Below are positions 25,163 to 34,920 of a stretch of 53,978 nucleotides of DNA, one piece after another; position 1 is the stretch's first letter; the number at the start of each line of letters is the position of its first letter. The position numbers and the translations under genes are program-made. Source of the stretch: a virus (lineage: Duplodnaviria > Caudoviricetes); IMG/VR virus record IMGVR_UViG_3300009609_000027, positions 1-53,978 of that record. The stretch is one strand, 5' to 3'. The notes beneath the pieces are model-generated. The model made no database searches. It saw nothing but the letters and a program-made list of their open reading frames with translations, and was not told the DNA's origin.

Positions 25163-25732
25163 ATGCAGCCCTACGACGACGCCAGCGAGGTCGCGCTTAA
25201 GGCCGCCGCGGACGTCATGGCCGGCGCGCGCTTCGCTGAGGTGGCCTGTGTCGCCGGCGATCAGGGCGCCGCGTTCCGCGTGACCGAGGTCGCCGACGTT
25301 TTCGTCGCATGGCTGCGTAGGCTCAGGACTGTTCGACTCACCCTGGTCGCCATCGAGGAGATAGACACGGGGGAGATCGCCCGAATACCAGGAGAGGGAG
25401 AAATGACTAACATCGACACCAGCCAGCGCGCTCGCTACGTCATCGACGCCACCGACGACCGCGGCTTCCCCGTTGACGCCACTCTCGCCGCACGCTCCAG
25501 CGACCCGGCCGTCGTCACGGTCGAGATCCTCGAGGCGACCACCGGCACGGCGTCCGGCAAGGACGAGTTGCTCGCCACCTTCGCCGGCACGCTCGGCACT
25601 TCGACCGTGGAGGTCTTCGACGCCGCGGCGCCGGACGTCGTACTCGCCGCCGACGTGGTCGTCGCCAACCCCGGCAACGTGGCAACCGCATCGCTCGGTG
25701 AGGCCGTCATCGAGGAGATTCCGGTACCGTAG
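25163..25732 (+). CDS. Hypothetical protein with beta-rich, Ig-like C-terminal half; possible second start at 25403
   Basis: GC3-rich frame; strong SD GGAGAGGGAG before the in-frame ATG 25403; the upstream start is uncertain. Confidence 0.5.
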   Translation: MQPYDDASEVALKAAADVMAGARFAEVACVAGDQGAAFRVTEVADVFVAWLRRLRTVRLTLVAIEEIDTGEIARIPGEGEMTNIDTSQRARYVIDATDDRGFPVDATLAARSSDPAVVTVEILEATTGTASGKDELLATFAGTLGTSTVEVFDAAAPDVVLAADVVVANPGNVATASLGEAVIEEIPVP

Positions 25733-25764
25733 GTTCTGCGCGATCCTGTCCCCGCGCGCCCCCC

Positions 25765-25810
25765 GACGTGCCCTGCCTCGTGTGTGACCCCGTGCGAGGC
25801 GGGGCACGTC
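25765..25810 (+). terminator. Long hairpin before the portal gene
   Basis: GACGTGCCCTGCCTCG / CGAGGCGGGGCACGTC 16-bp stem with one G-U pair. Confidence 0.55.
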
Positions 25811-25870
25811 GCTGTATCCGCCATGGATGATCTGCGGCTACGATGAGGCGCAACTGCGGCGATCACGGGG

Positions 25871-27421
25871 GTGAGCGTGCCGGACAGCCGACGCCTACCT
25901 GAGCGCCTACGGCCGGCGATGACCGCCGCCGCCGTGGCCTACACGCCCACCGAGTGGCGCAACAGCCAACTCTTTCCCGGCATGATTCCGTGGCAGCAGG
26001 AAGCCTGGAACTTCCGGCGCACGTTGGGCGAGTTCAACCAGGCTATCGACTGGCAGTCGCGCGCCATGTCACGCGTGCGCCTCGGTGCGGCTGAGGTCGT
26101 GCCCGGCGGCGACGAGCCGGAGATGCTGACCGAGGGCGCCGCGGCCGAGTTGATGGAGATGTTCTGCGGCGGGCCGCCTGGACACTCGGCGTTCCTGAAG
26201 GCGATGACGCCGCAGATCTTGGTGCCCGGCGAGGGCTGGCTGATCGCCGAACGTTTCGACGCCAACACGCCGCTCGCCGCGGCCGACTGGGGCGTCTACT
26301 CCACCGACTGCGTGCAGGCGCTGGGCGGGCAGTTCCAGGTGCGCGTCGGGCCGGGAACGTGGCGCTACCTGGCGCCGGACAACCTGCCTATGCGCATCTA
26401 CGAGCCCGACCCGCAGTGGCCGTGGCTGGCCACCAGCAACGCCGAGGCCGCGGTGCCGATCATGCGCCGCATCTTCCTGATCGACTCGCGCATCGTCGCC
26501 ATGATGGTGTCGCGGCTGGTCATGAACGGCCTGATGCTCATTCCGCAGGAAGGCACATTCAGCGTCCCCGAGCAGTACCAGCAGGCGCCCGACCCGTTCG
26601 TCGCCATGCTCATCGACATCGCGTCCAAGAACATCGCCAACCCTGGCCAGGCCAGCGCCGGCATCCCGATCCCGGTGCGCTTCACTACCGACCTGATCGA
26701 GAAGTGGCGCATCCTCAAGGCCGAAGATCCGCTCGACGAGTGGCTGCTCAAAGAGCGTGAGGACGAGCTCGGCCGACTGGGCGACACGCTGGGTATCGCG
26801 CGTGAGCGCGTCAGCGGCGGCATGGGCGAGCAGAACCACTGGGGCGCGCAGATCGCCTCCGAGGAAGAAACCAAGATGACCTTCGCGCCGCTCGCGGAGA
26901 CCATCTGTAGCGCGCTCACCAAGGCATACCTGCAACCCATGCTGGCCATGCTCGGCCTGTCGCTCGTCGGGCCTGGCGGCGGCAAGCTGATCGTCTGGTA
27001 TGACGTCTCCGAGCTCGCGGCACGCCCGGACAAGTCGGCTCCGGTCCGTCAGGCGTACGTGGACGGTGTGGTGGGCGGCGCGGCGTATCGGCGCGAGATC
27101 GGCGTCGACGAGTCCGACGCGCCCGACGCCACCGAGCAGGCCCAGATGATGTGGTGGAAGGCCGCGGGCACCGAGCAGACCGCCATCGCGGTCGCCCAGG
27201 TCACCGGGCAGCAGACTCCGACGCCGGGGGTCGCAGCCCCCGATGCCGCGGGCGGCGGGGCGGTTTCCTCCCCGGACGTCTCTCCCGCGGCCCCTGGCGT
27301 CGGCCCGGTCACCGGCGCACCCGAGACGCGTAACGCCCCGCCGCCGCCGGCCATCACTCCGATACCCACCATGGCGGCGTCGGCGAACGGTGTGAACGGC
27401 AAGCATCTCGCAAGGCGCTGA
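25871..27421 (+). CDS. Portal protein
   Basis: 516 aa between terL and MuF; WQ.EAW, VPGE, NG.LLIPQE and NHW motifs typical of actinophage portals. Confidence 0.8.
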   Translation: MSVPDSRRLPERLRPAMTAAAVAYTPTEWRNSQLFPGMIPWQQEAWNFRRTLGEFNQAIDWQSRAMSRVRLGAAEVVPGGDEPEMLTEGAAAELMEMFCGGPPGHSAFLKAMTPQILVPGEGWLIAERFDANTPLAAADWGVYSTDCVQALGGQFQVRVGPGTWRYLAPDNLPMRIYEPDPQWPWLATSNAEAAVPIMRRIFLIDSRIVAMMVSRLVMNGLMLIPQEGTFSVPEQYQQAPDPFVAMLIDIASKNIANPGQASAGIPIPVRFTTDLIEKWRILKAEDPLDEWLLKEREDELGRLGDTLGIARERVSGGMGEQNHWGAQIASEEETKMTFAPLAETICSALTKAYLQPMLAMLGLSLVGPGGGKLIVWYDVSELAARPDKSAPVRQAYVDGVVGGAAYRREIGVDESDAPDATEQAQMMWWKAAGTEQTAIAVAQVTGQQTPTPGVAAPDAAGGGAVSSPDVSPAAPGVGPVTGAPETRNAPPPPAITPIPTMAASANGVNGKHLARR

Positions 27422-27424
27422 GCC

Positions 27425-30400
27425 GTGCAGCGCGTCACCGGCCTGACCGACGAGCAGGTACGTCAGTACGAGTTGCGCATCGAGTCCGTCATCCGCGTGC
27501 AGCTCCAGATGGTCATGGATCGCATCGCCGATCGTATCGCGGCCATTCAGACCGCCTCCGCGCTCGTCCTGGTCGCCGCCGACGTCGACGACGGCCTGCC
27601 ACCAGGGCAGCCCTACGTCTCGCCCGACGACCTGGCCTCGATCTCGCCGCTGTGGCAGGAGGCCGTCGCGCAGACGATCCTGCCCATCGCGGCTGAGGTC
27701 TTCCAGGCGGCCGGCGGCGCGGTCTACGCCCAGATGGTCGACGCCATCGGCCACGCGCTGCCCTCGGTCGGGTCGCTCGCCGCGGAGCAGTATCTGGCGC
27801 AGGCGCGCAACACCTTCGACGACATCGGTAACGACCTGTGGCAGACGGCGCGCAACGAGTTGCTCGACGGCTTCGAGCAGGGCGAGTCCATCCCGCAACT
27901 GGCCGAGCGGCTGCGCTCCAGCGCCGGCATGACGGCGAAACAGGCCACGTTGGTCGGGCGCACCAAGGTCATCGAGGCGTCCAACGCCGGCTCGATGGCG
28001 ACGGCGCGGGCGTCGATGCTCGACATGGTCAAAGAGTGGATCGCGACCATGGACCCGCGCACGCGCCCGACGCACCTCGCCGCTGACGGACAGCGCGTGC
28101 CGCTGGCTGAGAAGTTCACCGTGGGCGGCTTCCAGGCCGACTTCCCCGCCGATCCGGACCTTCCTCCATCGATGGCCTTCAATTGCAGGTGCACCGTCGG
28201 ATATCTCATCCCCGATGACCAGCCCGATTTGGTCCCGATCGACGGCGCGCCGGGCACCACGACCATCGATCGCGCCATCGCCGAGCAGGGCATCGCGCCG
28301 CCGGACGGCACGACGACGGTGGAGCGCGCGCTCGAGGTGCAGGAAGCGTTGCCGCGACTACCCGGCACTGACGTCGATCTCGGCGGCGAGTTGGTTGAAG
28401 CGTCAACTATCGTGCGCCCAGTGCTTGCGCGCGCAAAGACCGAGCGCGAGCTCCAGGCCGCGTGGCGCGCCGAGTTCCAGCGCATCGCCGGCCGCGACGT
28501 GCTCATCCAGATGCCGCCCAACGCCTCGCTCAAGACCATGTCGCAGTACGCCGAAGGCACGCTGCAGGCGTTGGAGCGTTTCCCTGAGGCGAAGATCGGC
28601 GAGATCTCGTGGTGGAGCGCGCCTGGCAAGGCGTACGCGCAGGTCACCCCCGGCGGTCGCCATGGCTCAACCCTGCAGTTCAACGCCTGGTGGGCCAGCA
28701 ACGACAACCGGGCCAAACTGCTGCGCGCCATGCGCGGCGACACGAAAGGCTGGGACGAGGGCCGCAGCGCCTGGTCGGTGCGCAATGCCACCAACCCGAC
28801 CTCGACGGCCTATCACGAGTTCGCGCACGTGCTCGACCTGGAGAACCTGGGCGGGCGCGTCGGCCCGCAGGCGCTGGCTGTCGTGCGTCGCAACGCCATC
28901 CGCGAAGGCGTCGACGAGGACGCGTTGGTCAGCCGCGACATCTCAATCTACGCAGGGTCGGACGTCAACGAGATGATCGCCGAAGCCTTCACCGACGTCA
29001 TGATCAACGGTCCGCGGGCCTCGCTGGTCTCGCGCGAGATCTACGACCTGATGGCGGTCGAGTACCGACGCGGCGGCTTCAATCTGCGCCTCGGCCCGGT
29101 CGACGCCGACGTCGACGTCTTCCCACGCCTGCCGGCGTCGCGTCTCAACTCGATGACCGTGGCGCAGTTGCGTGCGCTGGCCGGCGAGCGTGGCGTCACG
29201 ATCCCGCCCGGGGCACGCAAGGCCGACCTAGTGCGACTGCTCGACGAAGGCGACGCGGCCGTCCCGGACATCCGCGCCGTCGCCATCGAGCGCGTCAACA
29301 CCCTGATCAAAGACATCCCGGCCGGCACTCCAGGCCAGTTCCGCAACAAGGTCCGCGACGAGATGCTGCGCCAGGCCGAGATCGCACCAACCGCCGTGCG
29401 CGACCTGCTGGGCATGAAGATCGCCACCAGGGCCGAGTGGCGGGAACTGCACCACGAAGGCATGGACCCGCAGGCCATCTACGTCTTCAACCGTGGCCGC
29501 ATGTACTTCTCGCCAACCTGGGCCGAGGACAACGCAGCGGCGAGGGCGACCGCTCGGTCGGCCTTCGAGAACGACCGGGTCGCGTGGTCCTTCCCCGACT
29601 TCAACATGCGCAACCTGGACGTGACGGCAGGCATTCTGCGCCACGAGTTCGGCCACCACGTGGCCGGCAACTTCCGGTCGGACGGCTGGACCGACGCGCG
29701 ACGTCGTCGGGTGCTCGTCCCACTCGCCGAAGAGCTCAACGTCGCGGCGCCCACGACGACGGACATCAGCGCCTGGTTCGCCAGCAGTGATGTCCAGCGC
29801 GCTGTTCGTCGCCTGATCTCCCCACGCGCGGCGGACAGCCCCGACGAGATGTTCGCCGAACTGTGGGCCGTCTACTCGGGTCGAGGTGCCGAAGCGTCCG
29901 CCATCGCGCGACGCATGGGTGTCATCATCCGCGACACCTGGGAAACGCCCGCCGTTGTCGCCAAGCCTGTCGCCTCGGCCACGTCCAAGCTCACCGTCAC
30001 CGCTCTGCGCAAGCTGGCCAAAGAGCGCGGCATCGACGTGCCGGCCGGCATACGCAAGCCGGATCTGGTCAAACTCATCGACGAGTCGCCAAGCGCCAGG
30101 GCGCGCGTGCTCGATGTCGGGAACGTGCGTCAAGGCGAGGCTGCGCTGAGGTCAACGCAGAGCGTTCAGGACGCATTGCATCGGGCCGAGTTGTTGCCGC
30201 GCGCGCAGGGCGGGATTCGACCGCGCGAGATGTTCGCCCTGCAGGACACTGTCTATGATCCCGACTTCGGCTATGCGAAGAACGGCTATCGGGACATCAA
30301 CCGTGGCTTGCAATTGGCGCGGGGCGGAGATCTTCCCGCCGATATTCGTCAGCGAGTCGAAGACCTTGACCGCGTCATAGGTTTCGGATCGGTGCGCGAC

Positions 30401-31912
30401 GAGGTTGTGCTCTATCGCGGCATTGCCCGGCCTGAACTGCTGACCGGTGGGCGAGAATTGCGCCTTGGCGACGAGTTCACCGAGTATGGCTATAGCTCAA
30501 CGACCGTCAGCCTTAAGCACGCCGACGAGTTCGCCAAGGGTCGATCCACGCCTCTCGACGAGCGCACCGGGAAGCCAGAGCATCCGACGGTGGTTCGTTT
30601 CATCGCCCCCAAGGGTCAGCACGCAATCCAGGTCTCGGATCTGGATTTCCCTGGCGTCGGCGAGGTATTGCTACCGCGAGGCATGTCTTATCGCGTCGTC
30701 GCTGATCGTGGCGTCATCGATGGCGTTCATCACTATGACGTCGAGATCGTGCCGAGCGCTGCCCCGCAACTCACCCCGGCGCAGATCCAGCGTGCGGCGG
30801 CCAGGGCGCGCAACGCGCAGATCGAATCGTCGGCCGGCACAGCACGCCTGCTCGCCGAGGTCGACGAGATCATCGCCAAGGGGGCGAACAGGACTGCGTT
30901 GCGTCAGACGCTCGACGACGCGCTGATCGCCCCCGAGCAGCTCTTCGCCGGCGCCGACCCGGCCGTGCTTGACGCGCTCAAGACGGCGCTGGCCACTGGC
31001 GACATGGCGAAGCTGAAGGCGGCTGTGACGCGCCTGTCGACGAAGGCGAAGATCAAGGTCGTCGGGGGTAAGGCCGGGGCGAAGGTCAAGTTTGACGCGG
31101 ACACCATGGAGGGCGTCGGCGGCATCGACATTCCGGCCGGCGCGCAGGTGACCGTGGTCCGTCGAGGCTCAACGGTGACCATGCCTGACGGCGAAGTGGT
31201 GACGCTGGAGAAGGCACGCGTGACGCCTGTCGCGTCGGCCACGCCCGATGTCCCGACGATTCCGGGCCTGACGCGTCAGACCGGCAAGCCGGCATCGCCA
31301 TCCGTCAACGCCAAGGCGACCAATCCGAATTATGGGTCGACGCAGAATGGCGAGACCTATCGCGCAGCCGGCAAGGCTGGCGAGCGTTATACGCCGGACA
31401 TGGGGCCGCTGCCGTGGGGCGCCTACGAGGAGAACTGCAGCAACGTCGTCTACGCCTTCGAGATGCGGATGCGTGGCTACGACGTCGAGGCCGCGCCGCT
31501 CGACGTGCTCGACAAGTACGGCTACGCGGCCGGTCGCACGTACGACGAGATGGATCAACTCTTGGCGGTGGCGTGGCGCCTTCCCGGCGGCAGGCCGCAC
31601 GGGCGCTCGCTGAACGGTCAGACGTGGCGATCGTTCGCCGAGATTGACACCGAGATCGAGCAGTGGCCAGAGGGCGGCCGGGGCATGATCTTCGTCGGCA
31701 AACACATCTTCAACGTCGTTAAGGTGCGCGGCAAAGCGCAGTACACCGAGGCGCAATTCGACGCCAACGCCACCCGCAACGTGACCGCGCTCTATAAGAA
31801 GAAGTACAAGAGCGCAGGGCTATTCTCGGGGGGACTGCAAGAGGCCAAACTGGTGCGCTTGGACGACCTTGAGCCAACCGACAGGATTCTTGAGGCGGTG
31901 CAACCTAGATGA
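27425..31912 (+). CDS. MuF-like minor head protein fused to two HExxH peptidases, two HeH/Rho_N repeats, an ADP-ribosyltransferase, a GrpE-like domain and a papain-like toxin
   Basis: MuF KEW...D.RTRPTH...DGQ...NCRC; HEFAH (28814); HEFGH (29642); YRG/YSSTT/EVLL (30413/30491/30662); NC...EMRMRGYDVEA...HIFN (31433-31714). Confidence 0.85.
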   Translation: MQRVTGLTDEQVRQYELRIESVIRVQLQMVMDRIADRIAAIQTASALVLVAADVDDGLPPGQPYVSPDDLASISPLWQEAVAQTILPIAAEVFQAAGGAVYAQMVDAIGHALPSVGSLAAEQYLAQARNTFDDIGNDLWQTARNELLDGFEQGESIPQLAERLRSSAGMTAKQATLVGRTKVIEASNAGSMATARASMLDMVKEWIATMDPRTRPTHLAADGQRVPLAEKFTVGGFQADFPADPDLPPSMAFNCRCTVGYLIPDDQPDLVPIDGAPGTTTIDRAIAEQGIAPPDGTTTVERALEVQEALPRLPGTDVDLGGELVEASTIVRPVLARAKTERELQAAWRAEFQRIAGRDVLIQMPPNASLKTMSQYAEGTLQALERFPEAKIGEISWWSAPGKAYAQVTPGGRHGSTLQFNAWWASNDNRAKLLRAMRGDTKGWDEGRSAWSVRNATNPTSTAYHEFAHVLDLENLGGRVGPQALAVVRRNAIREGVDEDALVSRDISIYAGSDVNEMIAEAFTDVMINGPRASLVSREIYDLMAVEYRRGGFNLRLGPVDADVDVFPRLPASRLNSMTVAQLRALAGERGVTIPPGARKADLVRLLDEGDAAVPDIRAVAIERVNTLIKDIPAGTPGQFRNKVRDEMLRQAEIAPTAVRDLLGMKIATRAEWRELHHEGMDPQAIYVFNRGRMYFSPTWAEDNAAARATARSAFENDRVAWSFPDFNMRNLDVTAGILRHEFGHHVAGNFRSDGWTDARRRRVLVPLAEELNVAAPTTTDISAWFASSDVQRAVRRLISPRAADSPDEMFAELWAVYSGRGAEASAIARRMGVIIRDTWETPAVVAKPVASATSKLTVTALRKLAKERGIDVPAGIRKPDLVKLIDESPSARARVLDVGNVRQGEAALRSTQSVQDALHRAELLPRAQGGIRPREMFALQDTVYDPDFGYAKNGYRDINRGLQLARGGDLPADIRQRVEDLDRVIGFGSVRDEVVLYRGIARPELLTGGRELRLGDEFTEYGYSSTTVSLKHADEFAKGRSTPLDERTGKPEHPTVVRFIAPKGQHAIQVSDLDFPGVGEVLLPRGMSYRVVADRGVIDGVHHYDVEIVPSAAPQLTPAQIQRAAARARNAQIESSAGTARLLAEVDEIIAKGANRTALRQTLDDALIAPEQLFAGADPAVLDALKTALATGDMAKLKAAVTRLSTKAKIKVVGGKAGAKVKFDADTMEGVGGIDIPAGAQVTVVRRGSTVTMPDGEVVTLEKARVTPVASATPDVPTIPGLTRQTGKPASPSVNAKATNPNYGSTQNGETYRAAGKAGERYTPDMGPLPWGAYEENCSNVVYAFEMRMRGYDVEAAPLDVLDKYGYAAGRTYDEMDQLLAVAWRLPGGRPHGRSLNGQTWRSFAEIDTEIEQWPEGGRGMIFVGKHIFNVVKVRGKAQYTEAQFDANATRNVTALYKKKYKSAGLFSGGLQEAKLVRLDDLEPTDRILEAVQPR

Positions 31913-32145
31913 TCACCTTCGAGCAGGCCCGTCAAACGGTGCAGCGTCGCTGGCCCGACTACAAGATCGCGCCTTACGGCTACGAAGGCCACACCGACTG
32001 GTTCCTCGTCCTGTCGCCGGAGACGGTGGGCGGCCGCATTCCGGCCGTGTCCAAGTCGACGGGCGCCGTGCGCTGGATCAACGAGAACGCCGACGAATAC
32101 GACCAGAACGCCCTGGTCGGCAAGCCTCCGACGTCGCGCCCATGA
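31909..32145 (+). CDS. Candidate immunity protein for the MuF toxin
   Basis: 78 aa, ATGA-coupled to the toxin stop; MITFEQA...VSKSTG pattern reminiscent of Imm35/YrhB-like proteins. Confidence 0.5.
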   Translation: MITFEQARQTVQRRWPDYKIAPYGYEGHTDWFLVLSPETVGGRIPAVSKSTGAVRWINENADEYDQNALVGKPPTSRP

Positions 32146-33074
32146 CCGCCAGGCCCCAGGCTCAGTGCGGCGCGTGTGAACGCATGCGCTCGCCGCTGTC
32201 GCCGGAGAACGTCGCCGGCCTGCGACGCCCGTTCTGCGCCGCCTTCCCAGCCGGCATCCCCGACGACATCTGGCAGAACGAGGTCGACCACCGTAAGCCC
32301 ATCGTCGGCGACCACGACTTGCAGTGGATCTCGCGCGACGGCGCCCCCTTCCCGACCTACGCCTTCGCGCCCGGCGTGCTGGATACTGGGCCTATGGTTT
32401 CGATGACCGCGGCGGGCAACGAGGCGCTGACCGGCGCGATGATCGCGCTCGTGCCACGCGACGAGGACGCGGCGCGCCTAGCGGTCGAAGGCGGCGAGGC
32501 GCAGGGCGAGTTGCACTGCACGCTGGTCTACCTGGGCGACGCGGTCGACATCGACCAGGACGTGCGCGACGATCTCGCCGCCTGGGCGCGCGAGATCGCC
32601 AAACAGTGGTCCAGCGTCGAGGCCGACGCCTTCGCCCCGGCGCTGTTCAACCCGACAGGCGACGAGCCGTGCGCGGTGCTGGTGCTCTCCGGCAACGACC
32701 TGGACGAGTTCCACCAAACCGCGCTGGCCGACGTCTCCGAGATCTACGACCTGCCCGAGCAGCACCAGCCGTTCGTGCCCCATACGACTTTGATCTATAC
32801 CGAGCCAGCCGGGCTCGCCACGCTGATGCTCGAACTGATCAATCGCGCTGGCCCGGTCGTCTTCGACCGCATCCGACTCGCCTACGCCGGCGAGATCACC
32901 GACATCCCACTCGGCGACATCGTCGCTCCTGCACAGGCTGTGGACGAACCTGTGGATGAGGTCGTCGAGCCAGAGTCGGTGGTCGCGTCGGCAGCGCCAG
33001 CGCGCGAAGAGTGGGACGGCTGCCCTCGCGGGTTCCACGCGGCACATACCGGAGCGTGCCCCCCGGCGCTATGA
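32142..33074 (+). CDS. 2H phosphoesterase (2'-5' RNA ligase/Acb1-like) with N-terminal Cys/His domain
   Basis: LHCTLVYLG (32514) and PHTTL (32781); N-terminal CxxC...FCAAFPAGIP...DH..P..GD; start ATG 32142. Confidence 0.75.
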   Translation: MTARPQAQCGACERMRSPLSPENVAGLRRPFCAAFPAGIPDDIWQNEVDHRKPIVGDHDLQWISRDGAPFPTYAFAPGVLDTGPMVSMTAAGNEALTGAMIALVPRDEDAARLAVEGGEAQGELHCTLVYLGDAVDIDQDVRDDLAAWAREIAKQWSSVEADAFAPALFNPTGDEPCAVLVLSGNDLDEFHQTALADVSEIYDLPEQHQPFVPHTTLIYTEPAGLATLMLELINRAGPVVFDRIRLAYAGEITDIPLGDIVAPAQAVDEPVDEVVEPESVVASAAPAREEWDGCPRGFHAAHTGACPPAL

Positions 33075-33081
33075 TCTCGCC

Positions 33082-34458
33082 ATGCAGCCCGACGAGCCCG
33101 TAGTCGAAGCTGAGTACAACACGCCCTGCTACGGGGTGGCCTGCGTCGAGGGCGTCCCCGACGGCTCCATGCCGCGTCGCCAGTTCGCGCCGGGCGGCAT
33201 GACCTTCGCGGCAACCCCGTTCAGTCTCAAGATTCAGATGGTCGAGGCGCCCGGCCACGACGGCGCGATGATCGCCGGACGTGTCGACGCCATGTGGCGT
33301 GACGGCGCTCTGATCCGCTGGGTCGGCTGCATGGACTCGGCTGGCGTCGTCGGCCGCGAGGCCGAGCGACTGGTTGGTGGCAAGTTCGTCACCGGCGTGA
33401 GCATCCTCGCCGACGACATCGAGGAAGCTGACCTTGAGTACGTCTACCCGCAGATGGCCGAGCCGGTCGAGTTGCTCGAAGAGCTCGGCGAGTCCGAGGG
33501 CGAGATGGCGCTGGACGTCATGCCAGAGCCGACCATGGAGATCTGCCACGCCGGACGCGTGCGTTCGCTAACTATCGTCGCCGAGCCGGCCTTCGTCGAG
33601 TGCTTCATCGCGCTGGGCGAGTCGCCGCACCTGCCGCCGATGTCGCCGCCCGACGAAGAGGTAGTTGCCACTGCGCCAGCCATGAGCGCCGCGACCTGGG
33701 GTGACAACGTCGTGACCGCGGCCGGCTACACCATCACCATCCCTGAAGTCTGGCCGGAGTCGTGGTTCGAGGAGCCGACCGAGCTGCCGCCGTTCGGCGC
33801 GCTGCACATCACCGCGTCCGGGCGCGTCTTCGGCCTGCTCGCGCCGGCGCAGGTCGACCACCGGGCGTTCCGGGCGCAGGGCAAATACGTGACGGCGCCC
33901 AAGGGCGTCGACTACTCCGAGTTCCAGAACAAGCCGGCGCTCGTCGCCGGCGCTGACGGCGGCGTGTACCGCATCAACGCCGGCGCCATCACCTTCGACT
34001 GCGGCCACGCCTCGCCGGTCGACCCGCGTCGCGCCGACCCGGCCTGGGCCTCCCAGCACTACGAGAACTCGTGCTCGATCGCGGCACGCGTACGCGTCGG
34101 CGAAAACCGGTACGGCACGTGGGTGGCCGGCGCGCTGCTGCACGGCATCGACGCCGACACGGTCGAGCGCATGATGGCCTGCGCGCTGTCAGGCGACTGG
34201 CAGGGCGGGCGACTCAAGGCGGCGCTGCTCGTGCCGGTCGAGGGCTTCCCGCGTGCCGCGACAGCCTCGGTGCGTGTGCGCGAGGACGCCATCGTCGCCT
34301 CGTCGGTGCCGGTGCGCTTCGAGGAGCCTGAGCCGCCGGTCGATCTGGGCGCGCTGTTCGACCTGATCGCCAGCGCCAACGGGCGCGACCCAGCGACACG
34401 CCTCGACGAGTACGCTCGCGAACGTTTCGCCGACTACGTCGGGGAGCGTGTCGCGTGA
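33082..34458 (+). CDS. Capsid maturation protease-like protein
   Basis: GHDGA...AGRVD...GVSI...LTIVAEPAF; LSGDW; position before the capsid gene; TATGAT-N6-ATG(33082). Confidence 0.7.
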   Translation: MQPDEPVVEAEYNTPCYGVACVEGVPDGSMPRRQFAPGGMTFAATPFSLKIQMVEAPGHDGAMIAGRVDAMWRDGALIRWVGCMDSAGVVGREAERLVGGKFVTGVSILADDIEEADLEYVYPQMAEPVELLEELGESEGEMALDVMPEPTMEICHAGRVRSLTIVAEPAFVECFIALGESPHLPPMSPPDEEVVATAPAMSAATWGDNVVTAAGYTITIPEVWPESWFEEPTELPPFGALHITASGRVFGLLAPAQVDHRAFRAQGKYVTAPKGVDYSEFQNKPALVAGADGGVYRINAGAITFDCGHASPVDPRRADPAWASQHYENSCSIAARVRVGENRYGTWVAGALLHGIDADTVERMMACALSGDWQGGRLKAALLVPVEGFPRAATASVRVREDAIVASSVPVRFEEPEPPVDLGALFDLIASANGRDPATRLDEYARERFADYVGERVA

Positions 34459-34700
34459 TTCTTTCGGGCAAAGGTCGCATGCGCATCACGAAGCTCGACG
34501 CCGACGGTCAACCAACCGGCGAGCCGTCCTTCGTTGACAACGCAAGTTTCACCACAGATCCGTCTGATTGGCGCATGGAGGAGGTGTGGAGGCACTTCTG
34601 TAACGTCGAAGCCGCGTTCGGTGAAGCATTCGCCGCCGAACGTGACGCGATCCGCGTCGAAGCGACGGTCGGGCGGCCGATCCGTGAGATTGGGTCATGA
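34455..34700 (+). CDS. Hypothetical protein
   Basis: GTGA-coupled ORF with GGGGAG SD. Confidence 0.5.
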   Translation: MILSGKGRMRITKLDADGQPTGEPSFVDNASFTTDPSDWRMEEVWRHFCNVEAAFGEAFAAERDAIRVEATVGRPIREIGS

Positions 34701-34716
34701 TGGGGAGTGATTAGTG

Positions 34717-34830
34717 ATGTCATGTGGACCATGCGCGGCGGCGGCTAAGCGTCGTGCCGAGGAGGCCGCGCGTCAGGCCGAAGCTGAGGCCGAGGCGGCA
34801 CGCCAGGCCGAGAGCGTCAAGGCTGCGTAG
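34717..34830 (+). CDS. Tiny CxxC protein (37 aa)
   Basis: MSCGPCAAAAKRRAEE...; GGGGAG SD; just upstream of the capsid gene. Confidence 0.45.
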   Translation: MSCGPCAAAAKRRAEEAARQAEAEAEAARQAESVKAA

Positions 34831-34920
34831 CAAAACAGATCATTAGCGTCTACGATGACGAGCAACAAACCTGGCGGCATCCGGGGCAAGTGTTTACGCA
34901 CTCCCTGAAAGGGATGTCCC

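Noticed and set aside
26069-28075. 668-aa minus-strand ORF
   Set aside because: Antisense shadow of portal and MuF; no motifs; typical of GC-rich DNA.
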